From contig NC_043025.1 in the NCBI RefSeq assembly GCF_006345805.1, positions 1,674,001-1,738,000 on the forward strand: DNA of 64,000 nt, written 5' to 3'. The notes under the pieces are model-generated. The model saw only the letters and a program-made list of their open reading frames with translations. It was not told the origin of the DNA and did not search any database. A program made the translations under genes and the position numbers. This document shows, piece after piece, positions 51,701 to 64,000 of the stretch. The stretch is from Octopus sinensis (lineage: Eukaryota). Position 1 is the stretch's first letter, and every line of letters starts with the position of its first letter.

Positions 51701-52721
51701 CGTTAATGCCAGACTTCTTCAGTAGATGTTTAACAATTTCTGTGTGTCCATTATCACTGGCCAGATGTAATGGCGTTTCACCATCATTATTTGCCGCATT
51801 TACGTTAATGCTAGACTGCTTCAGTAGATGTTTAACAGTTTCTAGGTGTCCCTTCATAGAGGCGAGATGTAGTGGTGTGTCCCGATCCTTATCCTCAGCA
51901 TTTACATCAACATCAGACTGCTTCAGTAGATGTTCAACAGTCGCTAGGTGTCCCTTCATAGAGGCGAGATGTAGTGGTGTGTTCCGATCATTATCCTCAG
52001 CATTTACATCAACATCAGACTGCTTCAGTAGATGTTCAACAACCTCTAGGTGTCCACAAGCGGATGCCAGAGATAGAGGTGTGTCACCGTTCTTATTCTT
52101 TACGCTGACGACCATTCCAGATTGTTGCAGTAGCAGCTCTACAACCTCTAGGTGTCCACGAGCGCAAGCCAGTGACAGAGGTGTGTTACCGTCCTTATTC
52201 TTTACGCTGACGACCATTTCATATCGCTGCAGTAGAAGTTTAAAAGTCTCTATCTGTCCATTTATACATGTCCGATGTAAAGCTGTGTTGCCGTATTTAT
52301 TTACCATACGGACGTCAATGTCAGACTTCTTCAACAGATGTTTAACAATTTCTGTGTGTCCACGAGCACTGGCCAGATGTAATGGCGTTTCACCATCATT
52401 ATTTGCCGCATTTACGTTAATGCTAGACTGCTTCAGTAGATGTTCAACAGTTTCTAGGTGTCCCTTCATAGAGGCGAGATGTAGTGGTGTGTCCCGATCA
52501 TTATTCTCAGCATTTATATCAGTATCAACTTTCTTCAACAGATGTTTAACAATTTCTGTGTGTCCATCAGCACTAGCGAAAAGTAATGGCGTTTCACCAT
52601 CATTATTCGCCGTATTTACGTTAATGCCAGACTTCTTCAGTAGATGTCCAACAACGTGTGTGTGTCCACGAGCACAGGCCAGGTGGAGTGGTGTATCACC
52701 ATCGTTATTTTGATGATTTAC
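48793..52721 (-). CDS. Giant ankyrin-repeat exon (3,929 nt; 38 complete 34-aa repeats plus the start of a 39th)
   Basis: tttttcag|gta..gtc ag|gtaagt, phase 0/2. Uninterrupted frame with repeated G.TPLHLAS..GH.E.V..LL motifs at 102-nt period. Contains an 816-nt (8-repeat) internal duplication. Confidence 0.96.
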
Positions 52722-54209
52722 CTGAAAAATCAATAAAAAACACTACAAATAGTGGCTAGAAGGGGACGGGTAGAACCCTTAACGCATATTCAGAAACAGA
52801 ATGTGAGGAATAAGGTGGAATGATGATGGGCGGCCTTGAGTAAGTAAATGAGCTTTGTATTGAGTTTATATTGTATTTACACACACACACAAACACACAC
52901 ACATTCTCTTGCTTTCAATGTTGTAGCAAGCAAGTATGTCTAGATTATGGGAAAGAAAATGAAGAGAGTGTGTTCTGGGGATTAATCTAAAACTCATCAA
53001 AGATTTTTTATTTTATTCCATCAATATAATTATCATCTACACCCTCAAAAATGAAGATTTTTCCCTAAAGAATATGAATCATTGGAAAGTTTTGAGGAAA
53101 CAAAATCTTGGGGCATTAAACTATAAATAGATTAACATGCTGTTTATTTTCGTAAAATAGTGTAAGTTGTCTTTAAAAATATGAAAGTACATTTCAATAG
53201 AAACTCGAAGTAACGACAGTGACATCTTGTAATGTCCTGTAAATGGTGTATGTGACTTACAAACGTATCCAATACACAAACGGGCAGACATTTAGTGTAA
53301 CATAAAAGTCGCATGTATAATTTATATAGGATGAAAAGAGTCACATTAACGAGAAAACATGACAGTCATGGATGACCGAAATGAGTTTTGTGAATAATTT
53401 TTCACAATCTCCAAATTTGTTTCGCTCCACACGGCCATGAAAACACGATGTAAATAAAACATTATTAATCCCGTTCTGTTACATAATTTTCTTTTTGGCG
53501 AACATCGATCGCCCTTCTTTAATTTGTGTCCAGATGCTGTCAGTGTTTGGATACAGAAATCTTAGACAATGGTTGACAACTTCATGAGTAGACAAGTTGC
53601 CGGGACCCACATAAAAAAGCCTATCCATTTGTTATGTGAAGGAATGAAGGGTGACATCCAAAGCAAGGAGGGGCGAGTGATGAAATTCTAATGTTTCACA
53701 CTGATCAATTCCGGTTTCTATAGCAACATATTTTAAGTTTTTGACGGACAATTTGTTTTATGTAGGATGTCATCGCTACCTAATATCATGGAGAGTCCTA
53801 GAAAATTCAGACCCCTACATACACAGGGGCAAGTGTTGTAGACTGTGCATAGCCAAACGGGCGAGGATATTAAAGGACTCCCTCGACCTGGGGACACCCT
53901 TAACTCCAGAATAGAAGACTTCTCACCCAGTTGGCACTTCAGGAGATTCCTGCTGGCACCGTGGGATCCATAAGAAAACAGAGTCGATTACGAATAACAA
54001 CCAAAGGAAGACAATTCCTGTTGCTGACATAGGGCAACGATGCCTTTTCCTTCTCCATTTTCTAAGGAGGACACATACTACAGGGGCCTTGTGCCAACAA
54101 GCTTCGAGGTTTGATGATACGCTGTCAAGCTAAACGCTTTATGGACGTGAAACCCAGGGTAATCTCATAGACCGGCCTTATATATCTTTATATACATATG
54201 TGTGTGCGT

Positions 54210-55445
54210 ATTTCGCTTTTTGGATTTGGTTTGCAAGGTTCTTTATGTGAGTTAGTGTGTTGAAGCATATTTTGTTGTGTCTGGAGAGAGATTCATTCTC
54301 TTTTCGTCCTTTATTATTGAACCCCTTCACCGATTAGGTTTCCACTCATTCACTTATCTACTTTTAAAAAGATTTTCGTTGCGTCTTGTAAATTTTCAGT
54401 AGTCGTTGACACTGTTATCCGAGCTGCGCTCTTTTTGCATGTTTAGGTGCATATGTGTAGGTCAGTGTGCGTGCGCATACACATATTATGTATGTGTGTA
54501 TGTATGTAAGTATGCATGTATGTGTGCGTATGCATATATGTATGTGTGCATGTTTGTATCTATGTATTCTGCATGTTCATGTGTGTGTATGCGCGTGTGT
54601 GTGTGTATGTGTGTACCTCTGTCTCATTGTGTGTGCATGTATGTGTGTGTTTGTGTTTGGGATTTTGTGGCTATGTACTGCAGCTGTTATGTATGGATGT
54701 GTGCCTCCATGTGTTTCCTTGTGTGAAGAAGTGAAGTATATGTGTGTATGGTCACGTGTTTCAGTCTTTATATTTGCGTACGTATGTGTATACGCGTGCT
54801 TGACTGTTCATATTATAGCCAGATAGGTACATAAGTAATATGAACAGACACACACACATGCACACATACATACACAAATGAAGACTGAAACACGTGACCA
54901 TATACACACACACACACACACCCTTCATTTCACTTCACACAAGGTCACACATGGAGGCACACATCCATACATAACAGACGCAGTACATAGTCACACAAAC
55001 CCATACACAGACACACTCAAACATGCACACACAAGAAAACGGAGGTACACACACACACACACTCCCACACATATACATACGCACACACAAACACAAACAC
55101 ATGACTGGGCAGAATACGTACATACAAACGTGCGCATATACATACATATATGCGTATACACACATGATGTATACAAACACATACATGCATACATATATAT
55201 AGCGGGGTACGTACACTTTGTTCTCTTATATGTAAGTATATATACGTACATATGTGCATGCGCATGCACACTGACCCCCACACATGGGCATAAACAAATA
55301 AAAAGGGCAGAGTTAACGCCTATTGAGAAGGTTGCAAGACAAAACGAAAATTTTAGAAAAAATAAATAAGTTAATGAGTGGAAACTTAACCGGTGAGTGT
55401 GTTAAATAATAAGGCACTAAAAGAGAATGACTCTCCCCAGACTCA
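54210..55445. repeat. Large imperfect palindrome (centre about 54830) filled with TG/CA low-complexity sequence; probable old PLE hairpin
   Basis: ggtttccactcattcactta.. vs ..taagttaatgagtggaaac; gtcacgtgtttcagtctt vs aagactgaaacacgtgacc. The left end (gcaagg..tatgtg..gtgtgttgaa..catatt) resembles the PLE1 terminus at 550-590. Confidence 0.65.
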
Positions 55446-55498
55446 AATATATATATAGATGTATCCATACATATGGCCATAATAAGTCTAAGACTGAT

Positions 55499-56510
55499 GA
55501 TGACAGTTCTAGTCCTTCATTAATTTATTTTAAATAAAACTGTATAAAATTATTTTACTTTTTGCAGATTATGTAGAATTTTTTTCTCTTTCGAATGATA
55601 TAGGCGTTATATATCTTTTTACAATTTGAATAATTTTAATGTGCAATTAATTCAAATGATTAAAAATTGTCGACAAAAATAATTCAACTCTTGCTTCTGC
55701 ATCTTTGGATCGGATGGAAAAACTTATATTAGATGCCGTCCAACTGAAGAATTCCGTGTGTCAAGAAAATGGGGCAAGCGGGTGGTTAGTTGGAGTGGGG
55801 TGGGGGTCAATGTTGTGGGTCGCATTCAGCAGCTTAGGTGTCGGTCCAGTTGTTGATGGCAGACTGAACAGTGTCAGCTGTCTGCAATTAGTAAATGAAA
55901 ATGTGCTGCCATATTTAAATAGTCAAATGCTACTGGGATCTATTTTGCAGCAGTACAATTGCCCCGTTCTTAATGCTAGGAAGGCTTTGCAATATTTTGA
56001 GCGCAATAATATGGAGGTTGTTGAGTGGCCTCCGCAGGGCCCGGATTTGTATCCAATAGAAAGTTTGCGGAATTATGATTCTAAAAGAGTTCATGCTAAA
56101 AAAACCCACCAAATTTGTCCCAATTATGTAATTTTATTGAAGGAATTATGGCAGAATATTCTCAGTGATTTTTATCCTCATTTGTCGAACTCCATGTCCC
56201 ACCATTTTAAGGTCATAAAAGAGAATAATGGTTATGGAACTAAATACTGATAATAAATTTTTGTTGATCATTTGTGCCGTAAATTTTCAATTTAAACAAA
56301 ATAATGTTGGTACTGTCTTAAACTTATTTTGCTGACAATTTTTTATCATTTGAATTAATTGCTCATTAAAATTATTCAAAGTGTAGAAAGATATATAATG
56401 CCTCTATCATTAGGAAGAGATAAAAATTCTATATACACTGTAAAAAAGTAAAATAATTTTATACAGTTTTATTTAAAATAAATTAATGAAGGAATAGAGC
56501 TATCATCATA
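55499..56510 (+). mobile_element. Internally deleted Tc1/mariner element with ~200-bp terminal inverted repeats
   Basis: ORF 55705..56250 has MLWVAFSSLGVGP, LQQYNCPV (cf. QQDNAP.H) and WPPQGPDLYPIE (cf. WP..SPDLNPIE). About 55500-55690 is inverted at about 56320-56510. TA-rich right flank. Confidence 0.82.
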
Positions 56511-57043
56511 TATATATATATATATATATAAAGGTAAATTTCTTAATTTGCTTAATAGAGATATATGATCCTAGCAGGTACCGTATTTGCTTTTTCTGGT
56601 TAATATTGGTGGCTAACCTCAGTGAGTGTAGATAAACTCCAGTTAGTTTATTTAACTATTCCCTGTAGATCTTCCTATCGGTAAATCCATGTCTCTAGGT
56701 TGGTGGTAGAGAAGAAATACTGAACGAATAACGAAGGAGAAACGAGATTTATACATCCAGGTTTTATTTTGCAGTTAATCACATCTTGCCATGTTTGTAC
56801 CTACATATGTTTCTGCTGCAAGTCAGTGCACACTGCAAGTTTTGCATCTTGTTGTGCAGGTTAGTGTTGATTACGGATGCTGCTTCTTTAGGGTACCATG
56901 AACTGCATTTCAGATTCCATCGGAACTAAATACAAGTCCAACCAAAATGTTTTATACATGTAGTGTTAGTATTCTAAAAAATAGCCTAAATTTTGAACTT
57001 TCCAGCTCTATATACATAGACACATGCATATACACTCACTGAC

Positions 57044-57200
57044 CTGTAAAATGTTGTTTGCTGAGCCATTTAACAAAAATTCAACTACATCTCTACAGTT
57101 CTTCTTCACAGCCGTATGGAGAGGTGTGTTGCCTTGTAAGTCCTGCTTGTTAATATTGATTCCCTTGGAAACCAGAAGGGCCACAGCATCACGCTTATTG
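57044..57200 (-). CDS. Ankyrin exon (157 nt)
   Basis: ctttcag|c..cag|gtcagt, phase 2/0. Encodes (C)NKRDAVALLVSKGININKQDLQGNTPLHTAVKKNCRDVVEFLLNGSANNILQ. Confidence 0.88.
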
Positions 57201-58239
57201 CTGAAAGTAAGAAATATAAACATCACAGACATTGACATAAGAATTACATTGAATCTACACGCATGTTCAGTACATAAAAATTAAACATACAGAAGTGTAA
57301 GTAATGTATAACACCACCCCAATATTTTCTGATTTATAAGGTACACACGGAAGTCACCCTTTGCATTATATGCCAAAGGTCAGGCTTTGGGTAGACTCCA
57401 ACATGTTCTGGAAGCAAAATAACAGGAATGGTTGCTAGGTTGATGGGGGTGTAAGGAGAGATTGCAAGGGTGTATGGAGAAAGTAAGGAGAAGTTAGAAA
57501 TGGAATAGGGGTGCGAATATGCAGAATATGCAGAATTATGGAGATGTCCAGTGGAAGTTGAGGGTGAGTATATAATGACTAGAGACTGAGAGTAGATGAT
57601 GAGTAAAGATTGGAAAATGATAGTATAGGAATGAATGTTGTGGATGGTAGAGGAGTGATCAATGACTCATATGAGTTGGGGAAGGTCAGGGGGGTTAGGT
57701 GCTGATTGGCAGAATAGGAGGGTGAAGAGCAACAGGATAATAGAAATACTGTAGACAGGAGAGGCATGAGATAAAGGGAGATGATGTGTGTATGTGGTGG
57801 GTGTAGGCTACAAGAGTGTGAGTGGAGAGAAAGACTGGGAGGAAGAGTGAGAGATATATGTTAATAAGAAAAAGTCAACAAGAAGAGATTTAGTGGAAAG
57901 GAGAAAGAGAGTTAATTTCGTAGCATATAAGGGATAAGGGTGATCAATGCAAAATGTGAGTGGAGAGGGACAATGTTAAAAATGAAAGATGGATGTTACG
58001 TGAAGTGGTTCTGGCAGGTGAGAAAGATAACTGCTTTCACAGAAAAGATGATAAAATGTGTAGTTCTCTCCTCATTCAACTACACCATTAGAATAATGTA
58101 CTTAGGTATATGATAGATAATGAGGGGCTGGAGAAGAAGTTTTGATGAGAAAATTAAATAAACGGTCTAATTGTGTATATAAATATTGTATTTCTGAAAT
58201 TCAGTTTTGCTGAGATGGTTGGGTTTCCTTGAGCATAAC

Positions 58240-58600
58240 ATGTTACCAATCAACCCTGTCTTTTGTCATCTCACCCCTTATTTTAAATTTCATTATTCCA
58301 TCCCAAGTCCTCCTGGCTCTCCATTTGCCATAAGGTCCACCCATCTTAAGTGACTGACATTTCTTTATAGAGCTTTCTGCCTCATTGCACGTCACATGAC
58401 CATACCAGTGCTGTCTCCTCTCGTACACACATCATCTGATTCCATTTATACCCAATTCTTCTCTCAACACATTTGCACTTTGTCATACGTATACACTGAT
58501 GTTCCACATCCAATGGAATATACTAGCTTCATTCCGTTCCAGTCTTCGTATGTCCTCTGCCGTCGAGGTTCGTGTCTCACTACCACACACCATTGCCATT
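58240..58600 (-). mobile_element. RTE LINE 3' fragment
   Basis: ERRQHWYGHV..IKKCQSL..RARRTWD. Confidence 0.65.
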
Positions 58601-59284
58601 TGAACAGAAATATCATACATTCTACCTTTTTCTCTAAGAGGGAAATTTCTTTCTAAATACATAGTTAGAAACTCTCTGAACTTTCTCCGTCCTATTCTTA
58701 TTCCGTCAACTCTGACAATTTTGTGTGACTGTTCTTTTCAATTTGATACAAGTCTTTATTCTTCAGTTGTCCATTCTTACTCTGTGTTGACTGTATTTTC
58801 TGATAGTTTATTTCTTTGAAATATCTGTCTTCCGATGAAGTGGTAAAAAGTTGCTACAAAAACAATTGTAAAGAATGAAATTTGGAATAACTATTTCTCT
58901 CTCTTATTACAAAATATGGATTTATATTCTATGGATATTGCAAGCAACGAACATAGATATTGGAATTGTCTTCATAGCTACATTTCTGGGATTGTAATAG
59001 ACTTCACTGTGTGCATGTATGTGTGTGTCTGTGTGTCCAAAATATCTCCAAAGCAACATAATTTTGGAAAGATCTATTTTGACAACAGAGCACCAAAATT
59101 GTTTTTATGATTCAAAACTAAATCATGGAGAAAATAAGAAATAGATGTTGTTGGATATTACTACTATATTGTCATCGTGTCACACTGCCATTACTATGGC
59201 ATATTTGGACATTTGACCTGTTTGGAATTGGAAGAAATTTAGAAACACAACAGATCTGAAGATTTTAGTCAATTCTGAACTTAC

Positions 59285-59436
59285 CACTCCACAGCATGAT
59301 CAAGAGCTGTTTTGCCATCTCCACCCTTCATATCCAAATCAGCTCCAGCCTCGATTAAGAAACTTATAAGATCTGCTTTGCCCACTTGGCAAGCTGCCAT
59401 CAGATATGTCACACCTTGTGAACTTATTTCGTTAAT
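59285..59436 (-). CDS. Most upstream identifiable ankyrin exon (152 nt); start codon not located
   Basis: cttcag|att..tg|gtaagt, phase 0/2. Encodes INEISSQGVTYLMAACQVGKADLISFLIEAGADLDMKGGDGKTALDHAVE. Confidence 0.87.
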
Positions 59437-59559
59437 CTGAAGCGAAGAAAGGGAAGGCATGTAAAATATATTAAAGAGAGAAGAAGAGAGAGTACGGAGG
59501 AAGATGCTTGGGTGGGGATATAGGGATATGAAAGAGAAAGAAAGATGAAGAAGACAGAT

Positions 59560-59596
<37 letters not shown>

Positions 59597-59849
59597 CATA
59601 CACACACATATATATGTCATATTGGATGGTTTCCCTCAAACTCAGATTGGACTTAGAATTCCGGTCGTCCTAAAAGGGGCAGGAGAATTCATATGTACAT
59701 ATACACTCTACATCTCCAGTCTGGAATCTTCATTTTTTTTTACCAGAATATCAACTTACTGGAAACTTCCAGAGATGTGCAACTACACAAATACCCTCTC
59801 TCACTCATTTATCATATCTTAAATGTATTGCTTCTCTGAGCATCAACAC

Positions 59850-61950
59850 ACAAAAATATTTCGTTTCTGGCAGCTAACTTGCTAGAATTCTACAGATTTA
59901 TCCACCATCTTTCCAACAACGTTTCTGACCACCTCTGGAATTCAATACTTCTACCATTCCAGACATGCTTATAAAATCAAAAATAGCCAAGCTACAATGA
60001 TTTTCAGAAACTTTTGTTTCACATTAAAAATTGCCAAAGCTTGGAACAAACTATCTACGTTGGTTGTTAGTTGAACCCTTCAAAATAGCAGACTTCCTGA
60101 AATTCATTAATACTACTTCTGATGTTTCCTATGCATCCGTTCTTCTTTCTACCCTTTTCATTGCTCCCTTTTCTGCCTATGGGTGTTTTACTCTATGTAC
60201 TATGTCATACACTTTAGACTGCCATGGGTGTCTCTCTCTACATGACTTTGTGTTGCTGTCTGACCTTACATGTGATGGGGGAAGATCCATAATTAGGGGA
60301 ATCATACAAATCTACCAATTCCTTTTAAATGAAAAAGTGGGGGGGAAATCACTTCACAGATCCCCCAGTATATTACTGTTACATTTGATATCAAATAGGA
60401 AGCGAAAGAAAACACTGAAAAGATTTCAAGTGTGAGACGCTGACAAGAGACACGCTGCTAAATATACAGAGACCATCTGAACAAACCAACTGTAGAGATT
60501 AGACCATAAGATGGTGTGTAAAGTAATTGAATAGGTAAAGATCTATAACGGGTGAAAAACCTTAGGAATAATTGTGGTGAGTTGATGCATAAAATCAGGA
60601 AGACATTGAAAACCTCTTTAAGTTAGTATTTGAAGCTATTACAAAGGAAATATTTGTGACTTGATATCTGTGGGAAGTTATGAAAGACATCAGGGTCTGC
60701 TAAATATGTCCAAAGTGTGAAAAAGTAGACGCAAAAGAAAGGAAGTGACAGAGAAAATTATAATATTAAGAAAGCAGAGAGTAGTTTGAGGAATCTTAAG
60801 CCAGCAGTATCAGGGCTTTCATTAGTTTGTAGTCATACGGTATGTAAAAATGTGTGAGTGGTTCATACCCAACTGTAATACAACTGTACAGACAAGCAAC
60901 ACTATCAACTTCACCTGGAGGAAAACACCTACCCTCACTAACTGGCAGAAATTCACCCACCGTTGAAATACATGTCTGATGGTCAACAAAAAACGTAAGG
61001 ATTGTTTCTGTATTTCACCATCTGTCAGCTCTTTTCCCTCCCAAATTAGAGCCTAGATTTCTGGTCTCTTACCAAGAATTATCTCCATAAATTAAGCAGA
61101 AGCCTTTTACCCTCCACTCTTTAACTGTGGAGAGGCTCTATACCTGTAATTCTCAAAAATTTGCTATGGCCCCTTTTTCTTTTGTTAACAAATTTTCAAA
61201 AGCTTTTTCCCTTGCTATAATTCAGTGTCCCTCGTTTTAAATGTATATAATACCAGGTGAGAGTATTTTCTTTCTGGGTCCCTGTCTTGACATGGGTGAA
61301 TACTAACCACAGGCCCACCCCACAATAAATGAATATTTGATACATCACGCCTTCACGTTAGTTACTGATTGAACCTTTACTCAGGTAAATATTATTTGTG
61401 TTTCATATATACATACTCCCATTTGTTCCTTGGTCTCCAGTCCTCATAAAATTTTCCACAGCCCCCAACCAGGGGTAGTATTAATCTCTTTGGAAAAGGC
61501 CTGCTCTATATTCTTGTCGAGAGTATCTCATCTGCTGACTACCAACCTATTATTCGAATGTCCAATATTTCAAATATGAAGTAAAAAGTCATAAACAGCC
61601 ATCATCTTCATCCTTTCGGTATCTTCCTCTATTCAATGAACTCCAGTATAGTTCTGTAAAGCCAGATCGAGCAGATGGTAGGGTCGATTCCTATGTGACA
61701 CCCCAGTGTTTTCATATATTTGACAGAAAAGAGAAATGGTGTAACCCTTGACATCAGTAAAACTTTCAATTGTTTCTGGCGAGAGAACGTCATGACAAAG
61801 TCACCACCCATCTACTGGCTCCATCTGTCCCTCATCTCTTGGACTGAATATTTCCTGCCAGAATACTCCATTGCAGTGAGTGATGATGGGCTTCTATCTC
61901 ATTCACATTCCATCAACTCGGACATGCTTCAAGGTTTGGCTAAATATTTA
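59850..61950. mobile_element. Very degenerate CR1/Jockey-type LINE fragments
   Basis: aaagcttggaacaaactat (..AWNKL, about 60035) and LDISKTF..W..SL..W..F (61720..61953) resemble CR1/Jockey RT motifs. Confidence 0.45.
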
Positions 61951-64000
61951 TGAAATCTAGTAATGATGATTAGAGATGAAAGAAAAGAAATACCTGTGTT
62001 TATTTAGGAACAATTAATATTGTGTTTAAAATAGCAATCGACTTTAAGAAGACAATAAACAGAACAACTTACTTTTTGTGAATTCTTTTTAATATATTTT
62101 TGAATATTTTGAGTGTCACCAAGCAAAATTTTGCTTATATTCGTATCAACTCCCATCTTTTAAAGGAAATATGCTAGAAAAAGAAAGAAATCAAAAATTT
62201 CAAAACCTTATAAAATGAGGTAAACAACAATATAAAGAAGATTGTGTTTCTCACATTTCTCATAAAATATTACAAAAATTGGAAACTTCAATTTATCTAA
62301 AGTATTATTTACATCTGGATGTTCTTCCTAGCACTAATAAACCTAACAACAGTCATTGTGTTGTGTCTCTTGGTCAGCTACATTACTCTGCTTATTACAG
62401 TCTGATTGGTGACAATTAAAACCTGAATATTGGAATGTACAATCTGTTGGTCATCCAGGTGGAGATACTGTTCATGTTGAGCTTGGATTTGTGGATCATA
62501 CCTCAGCTAGGTGGAGACACTGTATACCTTGCGCTATAGATCATTCCTCGGAGAGGTGTCAATACAGTACTCTTTGAGCTGTGGGTTTATGGATAATACC
62601 TTGTTATTCAACTCACTGATTACAGGGCGCAGGTGTGTTTGATCAGAACTTACCTGGAGCTACTCAACAACAAATTCCAAGAACTTAGAAGTGATAGAAA
62701 CAGTTATAAACAACCAAATGCTTTATCAATTTCGATATCATTTCCCATTCTGTGACCATCACTATGGTTCCATATTTTCAAAACACACACATATGCTTTT
62801 CGGTTATTTCTTCATGTTAGTCACTATCAGAAAGCATCACCAAAGGATGAAGTTTGCTCAACATATCAGAAGATGAGATCAATAAAGATTTTAATTACCA
62901 AGAATATTATGTTATTAAAATATATTTTATAATGAAGGATCCATCACATAGTATGAGATAATAATTTATTTATTTATTTATAGAACGGATTAAGATACAA
63001 AATACTTAATCCTTGAAGTAAGACACAAGATTTACAACAATATTAAAGCTTGAGTTGATAGAATTCTTAGGCTGCCGGACAAAATGCTTAATGGCATTTC
63101 CTCCGACTTTACATTCTGGGATCAAATGCTGTCAGGCTTCACTTTGCCTTGCATAATTTTGGATGGAATAAGTACCAGTCATGTACTGGGGTCAAGGTAA
63201 TCGACTGGACCCCCTTCCTCCGAATTCCTGGCCTTGTGCCAAATCTTGAGACAAATATTAAAGCATGAAAGACAAGGAAAGATTATTTGTTCTTCAGGTC
63301 ATCCGTCTTCTAGATCATTCTTGACATGACAGAAATATAGAAAGAACACAAGAAAGTAATAAAAAAAGATATTGATACCATAAAAGAAGAGAAATTTGGA
63401 GAAATTAATAAAAGAATCGATAGAAAATGGTTCATGTGCAATAAACCTTTCAGGATTCATCTTTGATTTGATCTCATCTACTTTGTTTCTAGTCTGAACC
63501 ACACCACCAACAAGTGACACTATAGAGTTTCATAAAATATATCTTTAAAGTTATTAATGTAAGATGGATAATTGTTTCATAAATTTCCACACATACCCAC
63601 ATATGTATATATGTGCGTATATGTATTACAGATGCGTCGTAGGCAGTTTTTAGTTCAGTGCCAAGGCGTGGCACACTGGGCAAGGGTATATAGGCACACA
63701 CACACACACGTACGTGTGTTTATACCTGACTCTGTGTGCGTGTGTGTGTGTGTATGTGTGTGTGTGTGTGTGCTTGTTTGTTTATGTTTTGTATCACTGA
63801 AACTTATCCAGCTCAGAATAATAATGTTCTTATTATCTTCCTTATTAGCAAAAGGAGCTTTGACAGAAGCGATCAATTAATTGAGCAGCAGATAAAGGTT
63901 CGTGTTTGGAAGGGATCAAACTGCAAACTATACCATAATGATGTATCCATCTAACCCCTGCTAGCAAAGCAGCATGAGAAAAAAGTGTAAAAATGAATAA

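Noticed and set aside
48952-52713. Long plus-strand ORFs (207, 183, 183, 386 aa) overlapping the ankyrin exon
   Set aside because: They are antisense shadows of a repetitive coding frame, repeat with the same period and show no independent motif.
48793-52721. TALE-like code (34-aa repeats with a variable di-residue)
   Set aside because: The repeats carry the ankyrin TPLH..GH..V..LL signature, not the TALE consensus. The length match is coincidental.
58780-58855. AG..GTAAGA-bounded segment between two ankyrin exons
   Set aside because: It has a stop in the frame required by the flanking phase-2 junction, and the flanking exons already join in frame.
10755-59436. Naming the gene MIB1/MIB2, ANK1 or DAPK
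   Set aside because: No MIB-HERC2, ZZ, ZU5 or kinase domain is visible in the window. The ankyrin-RING-death domain architecture matches none of these exactly, so no symbol is given.
63447-63519. Possible upstream exon (SLVGGVVQTRNKVDEIKSKMNPE)
   Set aside because: The donor is weak (GTTTAT) and its phase 2 end does not fit the phase-0 acceptor at 59436. It is unsupported without RNA data.
257-63954. Dozens of Cys/Val/Tyr/Ile/His-rich ORFs (e.g. 257..481, 22132..22782, 29165..29808, 54406..55369, 63572..63954)
   Set aside because: They are translations of (CA)n, (TA)n, (CATA)n and (AAT)n microsatellites.

Overview
AT-rich, microsatellite-dense eukaryotic DNA. The interspersed SINE/RTE/Penelope repeats look like those of an octopus or another coleoid cephalopod; this is recognition by eye, not a database result. 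The main host feature is a minus-strand, intron-rich gene reconstructed from GT-AG exons with matching phases. It has two ankyrin exons (59285-59436, 57044-57200), a giant 3,929-nt exon with 38 complete 34-aa ankyrin repeats (48793-52721) and a 37-nt exon (47898-47934). These are followed by TWO tandem, frame-intact 3' modules, each encoding ankyrin end + C3HC4 RING + death domain (module B 25285-40183, module A 10755-21144). Module A has no upstream exons of its own that I can find, so it may be an alternative 3' end. The rest is mobile DNA: two Penelope-like elements (PLEs) at 0.5-6.2 kb, RTE, CR1-like and R4/Dong-like LINE fragments, a Tc1-like remnant, SINEs and several long palindromes. 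The most striking non-coding feature is a 2.7-kb intronic insertion (40567-43250). It is a ~492-bp tandem array in which every unit carries a type I hammerhead ribozyme fold (retrozyme-like), with a 5' inverted partial copy and a 16-bp target-site duplication, and the empty site is preserved in the paralogous block at 21.5 kb. Hammerhead motifs in the host gene's sense orientation are broken, while those in antisense are intact. All alignments and folds were done by eye; none were computed.
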